NCBI GenBank assembly: GCA_945901855.1
Contig: CAMDLT010000020.1
Location: 2,066-66,065 of the forward strand
Length of the DNA: 64,000 nucleotides
Direction: 5' to 3'
DNA from: Asaia bogorensis
GTDB lineage: Bacteria > Pseudomonadota > Alphaproteobacteria > CACIAM-22H2
In this document: positions 58,181 to 64,000 of the stretch, one piece after another
How positions within the stretch are numbered: the stretch's first letter is position 1
How the letters are laid out: each line of letters starts with the position of its first letter
The notes under the pieces: generated by a model
Databases searched by the model: none
Seen by the model: only the letters and a program-made list of their open reading frames with translations
Told to the model about the DNA's origin: nothing
Made by a program: the position numbers and the translations under genes

Positions 58181-59869
58181 TCAGCTTCCTTTGGCGGCCT
58201 GCCGCTTCAATGCGGCTTCGCGAATGGCGGTGATGGTCGTACGCGTCGTGATCATTTCGGGGTCGGTCTTGAGCTCGATGACGGCGGGAAGGTTGGACGC
58301 GAGCGCGCGCCGAAAGGCGGGCAAAAACGCTTCGCTCGTCTCGACCGTTTCGCCGTGGCATCCAAGCGCGCGTGCGAACGCGGCAAAGTCCGGGTTGACG
58401 AGGTCGGTGCCCACCACGCGGCCCGGATGTTCGCGTTCCTGGTGCATGCGGATGGTGCCGTAGGTGCGGTTGTTGAACACCAGCACGATGGGCGTTCCGC
58501 CGTGCTGACGCGCGGTCGCGATTTCCTGGCCCGCCATCATGAAGCCGCCGTCGCCCACGCATGCGACGACGATACGCCCCGGATGCACAAGCGAGGCTGC
58601 AACGGCGGCAGGCACCGAATAGCCCATCGCCCCCGAGGTGGGGCCGACGAGCCGCGCAGGGCGTTTGAACGTCAAATAGCGCTGCGGCCAGCCCGTGTGG
58701 TTGCCGGCATCGACAGTCACCGTGAAAGCCTCGGGCAATTCGCCCGCCAGGGCGCGCATGGCACGCCCCATATCGAGTGCGCCGTTATAGGGCGTGGGCT
58801 CGAGCGTGGCGACATAGTCGGCACGCGCCTGCGCGGTCCATGCGCTCCAAACCGGATTGGCGATCGGCTTGGCTGCGGCAGCGGCAAGCGCAAACGCCGA
58901 GCCGCTGGCCTGGATCGCCATGTCGGCATTGTAGACGCGACCGGTTTCTTCAGCCGATGGGTGGATATGGATCAGCTTCTGGCGCGTGCGGGGCGCATCG
59001 ACGATCGAATAGCCTTGCGTCGTCATTTCGCCGAGCCTCGCGCCGATGACAAGCAGCAGATCGGCATCCTTCGCGCGTTTGGCAAGCGCAGGCGAGGTGA
59101 CGGTGCCGTATTCGCCGACATAGGAGGCGCTGTCGTTGGCGCACGCATCCATGCGCCGGAAGCTGACGGCAACGGGCAGGGCGTTGGCCTCGGCGAATTT
59201 CTGCAAGGCAAGGCACCCTTCGTCGCTCCAGCACGAGCCGCCCGCGATAATCATCGGCCGCTCGGCGGTTGCCAGCAGCTTGAGCGCGTCTTGCACGGCC
59301 AATGTCGTCGGCGCGGCTTGCAGCGGGCGGTAGCGTGCGGCATCGGGCACGCTCGCGATTTCCGTCAGCATGTCTTCGGGCAAGGCCAGCACGACGGGGC
59401 CCGGCCTGCCCGAGGTCGCGACATGGAAGGCGCGCGCCATGTATTCGGGGATGCGGTCGGTGCGGTCGATCTGGGCCGCCCATTTTGCGACGGGGCCGAA
59501 CATCTGGCGGTAGTCGATTTCCTGGAAGGCCTCGCGGTCGGTTGCATCGCGCCCAACTTGGCCGACCAGCAAGATCATCGGCGTCGAATCTTGGAAGGCC
59601 GTGTGGACGCCAACGGCGGCGTGGCAGGCACCGGGACCGCGCGTCACCATCGCGATGCCGGGGCGGCCCGTAAGCTTGCCGTAGGCGTCGGCCATGTTGG
59701 CCGCGCCTGCCTCGTGGCGCGCATTGACGAGTTTGACTTGGCGGCTGTCGTGCAGCGCGTCGAGAACATCGAGGTAGCTTTCGCCGGGCACGCAAAACGC
59801 CATGTCTGTGCCGTGCAAAAGCAGTTGGTCGACCAAAATCCGGCCGCCGGAGCGCGCAACCAATTTCAT
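58181..59869 (-). CDS. Thiamine-pyrophosphate enzyme (acetolactate-synthase/Oxc/HACL superfamily)
   Basis: 562 aa. TPP-binding motif GDGGFMM...NN near the C-terminus. Adjacent to and likely co-transcribed with fhs. Confidence 0.8.
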   Translation of the reverse strand: MKLVARSGGRILVDQLLLHGTDMAFCVPGESYLDVLDALHDSRQVKLVNARHEAGAANMADAYGKLTGRPGIAMVTRGPGACHAAVGVHTAFQDSTPMILLVGQVGRDATDREAFQEIDYRQMFGPVAKWAAQIDRTDRIPEYMARAFHVATSGRPGPVVLALPEDMLTEIASVPDAARYRPLQAAPTTLAVQDALKLLATAERPMIIAGGSCWSDEGCLALQKFAEANALPVAVSFRRMDACANDSASYVGEYGTVTSPALAKRAKDADLLLVIGARLGEMTTQGYSIVDAPRTRQKLIHIHPSAEETGRVYNADMAIQASGSAFALAAAAAKPIANPVWSAWTAQARADYVATLEPTPYNGALDMGRAMRALAGELPEAFTVTVDAGNHTGWPQRYLTFKRPARLVGPTSGAMGYSVPAAVAASLVHPGRIVVACVGDGGFMMAGQEIATARQHGGTPIVLVFNNRTYGTIRMHQEREHPGRVVGTDLVNPDFAAFARALGCHGETVETSEAFLPAFRRALASNLPAVIELKTDPEMITTRTTITAIREAALKRQAAKGS

Positions 59870-59935
59870 TTTTGTATCCCTACCGCCTTGGACGTTTCCT
59901 CGTGCGCAGTTAACGGCGGTACGGCGTTTGCGTCA

Positions 59936-60424
59936 ATGGACGAAGCCCGCGCCAAGGGCTATTCTTCGGGCATGAGCGATGTCCCGGACTGGATGTGGAA
60001 CGACGATCACAGCGCCTTTCGCGATTTGGTCGGTTACGGACCCATCGCATGGCGCGAGTTTTACGTCGAATTGGCGCTGACATTGGACGAGCGGCATCGC
60101 AATCGCTCGGGCGTGGCGCATGGGGGCGTCATCGCGACCTTGGCCGATGCGGCGGGCGGGTTTGCAGGCTGTTGGTGCCCGCATCCCGGGCGCATCCGGC
60201 GCGCGTCGACTTTGTCGCTGACCACGCATTTCGTGTCGGTTGCGCGCATGGGTCGGCGCTTGATCGCCAAGGGCTCGGCCAACCGCGGCGGCAAATCGAT
60301 TTTCTTCGCGACGATCGAGATGATCGACGATACGGGGCAACTTATCGCGACAGGCACGGGCGTCTACAAATACCGGCCCGGCAGCGAGTCCGCCGAAGGC
60401 GTGCCGCGCGATACGCCGGTCTAG
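59936..60424 (+). CDS. PaaI-family (hotdog-fold) thioesterase
   Basis: About 162 aa from internal ATG. HGGVIATLADAAGG motif. Confidence 0.6.
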   Translation: MDEARAKGYSSGMSDVPDWMWNDDHSAFRDLVGYGPIAWREFYVELALTLDERHRNRSGVAHGGVIATLADAAGGFAGCWCPHPGRIRRASTLSLTTHFVSVARMGRRLIAKGSANRGGKSIFFATIEMIDDTGQLIATGTGVYKYRPGSESAEGVPRDTPV

Positions 60425-60472
60425 CTGGCGTCTGGCGGGCGGGCGTATTTGCCCCTATAACGGTGTCGAATT

Positions 60473-61648
60473 TTGCCTCTTGGAGTGACCATGGCCTTGC
60501 CGCTTGCGTTGCGCGAAAACTCGAAAAATCTGCTGGGTTCTTTGATCCGCGAAGTCTCCAAAGACGCGATGGAAAAACCGGGGCTGATCCCGCTATGGTT
60601 CGGCGAAGGCATCCGCACGGCTCCTGCGGCCGTCGTGGCGGCGGCCCACCAGGCGATCGACGCGGGCTACCAGCATTACGCCTCCAGCCTGGGCCGCCAG
60701 GAACTGCGCGTGGCGATCGCAAAATACGTCTCGCGCTTGCGTGGGGTTGCCGTCGATGCCGATCGCATCTGCGTGACCGCATCGGGCAATTCGGCGATCC
60801 AAATGGCGATGCAGCTGATCGTCGATCCGGGCGACAACGTCGTGTTTGCCGTGCCGCTGTGGCCCAATGCTGCCGACATGGTCCAGCATTTGAACGGCGA
60901 GGTTCGGCGCGTGGCGTTGGCGCACGACGATCGCGGATGGTCGCTCGATCTTGACCGACTGTTTGCCGCTTGCGACGCGCGCACGAAAGCTATCTTCCTC
61001 AACTCGCCCGGCAACCCGACCGGTTGGCTCGCGACGGCAGACGAACTCAAGGCCGTGGTCGAATTCTGCCGCAAGCGCGGCATTTGGGCGATCGGCGACG
61101 ACGTTTACGAGCGCATCGTTTATGATGGCGAAAAATCGCCCTCGTTGCTCGATTTTGCCGGCCCCGAAGACCCGGTGATGATCGTCAATTCGTTTTCGAA
61201 GGGCTGGTGCATGACCGGCTGGCGTTTGGGCTGGCTCGTCGCGCCGGCATCGGTCGTCGATACGCTCGGCAAGATCGTCGAATTCAATACGTCGGGTGCG
61301 ACGACCTTCGTGCAGCGCGCAGGGCTCGTCGCGCTCGAACAAGAAGACTTCGTGAAGACCATCAGAGCCGAATATGCGCAAGCCCGCGATATCGCGTTCC
61401 AGCGTTTGTCGGCGATGGGCCGCGTGCGGTTGACGCGCCCGAAGGCCGCATTCTATGCGTTCTTCTCGGTCGACGGCATGACCGACTCGGTCGCGATGTG
61501 CAAACGCTTCGTGCATGAAGCAAATGTTGGCTTGGCGCCCGGCCGTGCCTTTGGTGCCGAGGGCGAGGGCTATATCCGTCTGTGTTTTGCAACCGATCCG
61601 GGCAAGCTCAGCGAAGCCCTCGATCGAATCGAACCGATGCTGCGTTGA
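60473..61648 (+). CDS. PLP-dependent aminotransferase, class I/II (aspartate/aromatic type)
   Basis: 391 aa. SFSKGWCMTGWRLGW PLP-lysine block. Confidence 0.8.
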   Translation: MPLGVTMALPLALRENSKNLLGSLIREVSKDAMEKPGLIPLWFGEGIRTAPAAVVAAAHQAIDAGYQHYASSLGRQELRVAIAKYVSRLRGVAVDADRICVTASGNSAIQMAMQLIVDPGDNVVFAVPLWPNAADMVQHLNGEVRRVALAHDDRGWSLDLDRLFAACDARTKAIFLNSPGNPTGWLATADELKAVVEFCRKRGIWAIGDDVYERIVYDGEKSPSLLDFAGPEDPVMIVNSFSKGWCMTGWRLGWLVAPASVVDTLGKIVEFNTSGATTFVQRAGLVALEQEDFVKTIRAEYAQARDIAFQRLSAMGRVRLTRPKAAFYAFFSVDGMTDSVAMCKRFVHEANVGLAPGRAFGAEGEGYIRLCFATDPGKLSEALDRIEPMLR

Positions 61649-61652
61649 GGGA

Positions 61653-62558
61653 ATGGCCATGACGGCGTTTGTCGGAATCGATTGGGGCACGACCAACTGC
61701 CGTGCCTACCGGTTGGACCAGGCCGGCTTCGTGCTGGAGCGGCGCACCGACGGCGCCGGCATCCTGACCGTGCGGAACAGCGATTTTTCGGCCGCCCTCA
61801 CGCGCATTGCGGGCGACTGGATCGAGGCAGCCGGCGATGCTGCCATTCTGATGTGCGGCATGATCGGGTCCGCGCAAGGCTGGGTCGAGGCGCCGTATTT
61901 GCCGGTGCCGACGACCGCTAAAGACATCGCGTCAAAACTTGCGGCAGTTGCCGACCCGCGGCGCCGCATCCTAATCGTGCCGGGTTTGCACGGGCGCGGC
62001 CCGGCCGGGCCGGATGTGATGCGGGGCGAGGAAACCCAGATCCTGGGCAGCGGCATTGCGGACGGCATCGTGTGTCTGCCCGGCACCCATTCGAAATGGG
62101 CCGTGATCGAGGGGGGGCGCATCGTGCGCTTCGCCACGTTCATGACCGGCGAAGTGTTCGGCGTCATGCGCCGCAATTCGATTTTGGGCCGTTTGATGAA
62201 CGACGCGCCGCACGATGCGGCAGCCTTTGCGGGCGGACTTGTGCGCGCGCAGACACCCGGCGGGCTGCTGCACCAGCTTTTTACGGTGCGCACGGCCGGG
62301 CTGTTGGAAGGTCTTGATCGCGATGCGGGCGCCAGTTTTCTGTCGGGCGTGCTCGTGGGCCAGGAAATCGAGGCTGCCAAGGCGCAGTTTGCTCCGGCCA
62401 GCGTGACGGTTGTCGGCAGCCACCCGCTGGCGCAGCATTACACGATCGCTCTCAATATCGCGGGCATTGCGGCGCATGCGGTGTCGGGCGACGACGCCGC
62501 CGCGCGCGGCCTCTACATTATTGCGCGCGAAGCCGGACTGGTGTCGTGCGGGTCCTGA
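61653..62558 (+). CDS. dgoK: 2-dehydro-3-deoxygalactonokinase family protein
   Basis: About 301 aa from MAMTAFVGIDWGTTNCRAY (DgoK N-terminal signature). Confidence 0.65.
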   Translation: MAMTAFVGIDWGTTNCRAYRLDQAGFVLERRTDGAGILTVRNSDFSAALTRIAGDWIEAAGDAAILMCGMIGSAQGWVEAPYLPVPTTAKDIASKLAAVADPRRRILIVPGLHGRGPAGPDVMRGEETQILGSGIADGIVCLPGTHSKWAVIEGGRIVRFATFMTGEVFGVMRRNSILGRLMNDAPHDAAAFAGGLVRAQTPGGLLHQLFTVRTAGLLEGLDRDAGASFLSGVLVGQEIEAAKAQFAPASVTVVGSHPLAQHYTIALNIAGIAAHAVSGDDAAARGLYIIAREAGLVSCGS

Positions 62559-63586
62559 TCCCCGACGCGCAGTATCCGGGCTTGCCGGATATCGAAGCCG
62601 AAGCGCTGCCGGATGCGGAGTTCGTCGTGCATCGCGCGCGCGATCCCTTGCAGATACCCGACAGCGTTTGGTCGCGCGCCGACGGCGTGCTGCTGTGGCA
62701 GGACATGCCGATCGACCGCGCGGTCGTGGAGAAGCTCGCGCGCGCGCGCATCGTCGTGCGCCACGGCGTGGGTTTCGATCGCGTCGATCTGGCCGCGTGC
62801 GCGGATCGCGGCATTGTCGTGTGCAACACGCCCGACTACGGGACCGAAGAAGTGGCCAACCACGCAATGGCATTCGCGCTTGCGCTGCGCCGTGGCCTTG
62901 CAACGTATGGCGAGATGCTCGGCCTCGATCCGCAAGCGGGCTGGCGGTGGGACGCGCCGCCTTTGATGCGTCGGCTGTCGGGGCAAACCTTCGGCATCGT
63001 CGGCATGGGGCGCATCGGACGGGCCTGTGCCGCGCGGGCCGCCGCATTCGGCTTCAAGGTCGTCTATGTCGATCCGCTGCTGCGCGCGGACGCAGCCGCC
63101 AAGATTCCCTATCGCCGGGTCGAGGCGCTGTTCGACATGCTGGGCGAGGCCGACATCGTATCGATCCACTGCCCGCTGACCGCCGACACGCACGGTCTAT
63201 TCGGGCAGGGCGCTTTCGCGCGCATCAAAAAAGGTGCGATCCTGATCAACACGGCGCGCGGACCCATTGTCGATACGTCCGCGTTGCTTGCGGCCATCGA
63301 AGCGGGCCAGGTCGGCGGGGCGGGGCTCGATGTGCTGCCGCAAGAGCCGCCCGACCCCGACGATCCCTTGATCGCCGCCTATCGGTTGGCGCCGTCGTGG
63401 CTTGCGGGGCGGCTGCTGCTGAGCCCGCATGCGGCGTTCTACAGTCCCGAAAGCTGGCGCGATCTGCGTTTCAAGGCGGCGAGGACATTGGGCGAATATC
63501 TCAAGGAAAACCGGCTGCGAAATTGCGTGAACCGCCATTTTTTCGCGCAAGGCGCGTTGCCGGACGAAGCAGAAACCGAGATCTGA
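62546..63586 (+). CDS. D-isomer-specific 2-hydroxyacid dehydrogenase (NAD-binding)
   Basis: 346 aa. GIVGMGRIGRACAARA Rossmann motif and the catalytic R/E/H block region. Confidence 0.8.
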   Translation: MRVLIPDAQYPGLPDIEAEALPDAEFVVHRARDPLQIPDSVWSRADGVLLWQDMPIDRAVVEKLARARIVVRHGVGFDRVDLAACADRGIVVCNTPDYGTEEVANHAMAFALALRRGLATYGEMLGLDPQAGWRWDAPPLMRRLSGQTFGIVGMGRIGRACAARAAAFGFKVVYVDPLLRADAAAKIPYRRVEALFDMLGEADIVSIHCPLTADTHGLFGQGAFARIKKGAILINTARGPIVDTSALLAAIEAGQVGGAGLDVLPQEPPDPDDPLIAAYRLAPSWLAGRLLLSPHAAFYSPESWRDLRFKAARTLGEYLKENRLRNCVNRHFFAQGALPDEAETEI

Positions 63587-63599
63587 GGGAGAAGTCTTC

Positions 63600-64000
63600 A
63601 TGCGAGTCGTGATTACGGGCGGAACAGGAATGCTCGGCAAAAAGCTTGCGGCGGCGCTTTTGAAGCGCGGCACGCTGATCGATCGCGCCGGGCAACCGCG
63701 CGACATTTCGAAGATCGTCTTGTTCGACGTGGCCGAGGCGCCGGGCATTCCGGTCGACAAGCGTATCGAGGTCGTCCTCGGCGCGGTGGACGACCGCAAA
63801 CAGATCGACGCGCTGATTGCGCCCGACACGGGCGCCGTCTTCCATCTGGCCGGCGTGGTGAGTTCGGGCGCCGAACGCGATTTCGATTTGGGCTACCGCG
63901 TCAATCTCGACGGCACGCGCGAAGTGCTCGAAGCCGCGCGGCGACTGCCGCAACCGATCAAACTTGTGTTCGCATCGTCGCTCGCATGCTACGGCGGCGA
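63600..64000 (+). CDS. NAD-dependent epimerase/dehydratase family protein, 5' partial (continues beyond the window)
   Basis: MRVVITGGTGMLGKKLAAALLKRG...VVSSGAERDFDLGYRVNLDGT. GAGGGAGAA ribosome-binding site upstream. Runs off the window end, so it is absent from the ORF track. Confidence 0.6.
   Translation, partial: MRVVITGGTGMLGKKLAAALLKRGTLIDRAGQPRDISKIVLFDVAEAPGIPVDKRIEVVLGAVDDRKQIDALIAPDTGAVFHLAGVVSSGAERDFDLGYRVNLDGTREVLEAARRLPQPIKLVFASSLACYGG

Noticed and set aside
58181-59869. Calling the TPP enzyme oxalyl-CoA decarboxylase (oxc)
   Set aside because: - I could not recognise Oxc-specific blocks by eye.
- It is left as a generic TPP-enzyme call pending phylogenetic placement.
62410-63612. 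400-aa ORF in an alternative frame across the 2-hydroxyacid dehydrogenase gene
   Set aside because: - It is out of frame with the clearly homologous dehydrogenase and Arg/Ala-rich.
- It is a spurious overlapping frame.

Overview
This 64 kb window is a high-GC (by eye about 65%), gene-dense bacterial chromosomal segment. Gene content points to an alphaproteobacterium: a HemA-type 5-aminolevulinate synthase, a DUF1127 small protein, Dpp/Yej-type ABC systems and fccAB. I found no rRNA, tRNA, CRISPR array, transposase or integrase.

Content from start to end:
- The 3' end of pcaG.
- An oxidative uronate/aldarate locus: udh, gudD, a GntR regulator with a perfect palindromic operator candidate, a YejABEF-type ABC importer, two further enolase-superfamily enzymes and an RraA-like protein.
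- A pcaB-pcaL(fused pcaD/pcaC)-pobA operon, followed by a secreted esterase and an SDR.
- A secreted NucA-family non-specific endonuclease flanked by strongly AT-rich DNA.
- A sulfur locus: membrane protein-fccA-fccB with an intrinsic terminator, an SsuA-like orphan binding protein, a divergent YeeE/YedE-TusA pair, and EamA and DedA membrane proteins.
- A roughly 4.5 kb lower-GC island of hypothetical genes. It includes a tandem-repeat PAS-like protein and a clear CheZ homologue with no other che genes nearby.
- A minus-strand cluster of class-III aminotransferase, hemA, a glutamine-synthetase-family ligase and an Fe-alcohol dehydrogenase. It is divergent from a DppABCDF-like importer whose upstream region carries a sigma-54-like -24/-12 motif and inverted repeats.
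- Threonine dehydratase, manC, a family-5 ABC binding protein plus two permeases with no ATPase, and pyrE.
- A CaiD/CaiB-like crotonase and CoA-transferase pair, convergent with IlvD/EDD-family dehydratase and M24 peptidase genes.
- A GT4 glycosyltransferase, ArsR, DUF1127 and ABM proteins, and an EamA transporter.
- A TPP-enzyme-fhs operon, then a PaaI thioesterase, an aminotransferase, dgoK, a 2-hydroxyacid dehydrogenase and a partial NAD-epimerase.

Most long ORFs in the six-frame track are antisense or read-through artefacts typical of high-GC DNA. The track translates alternative start codons as M, so several starts were moved to internal ATG or GTG codons that have signal peptides, ribosome-binding sites or homology-consistent N-termini.
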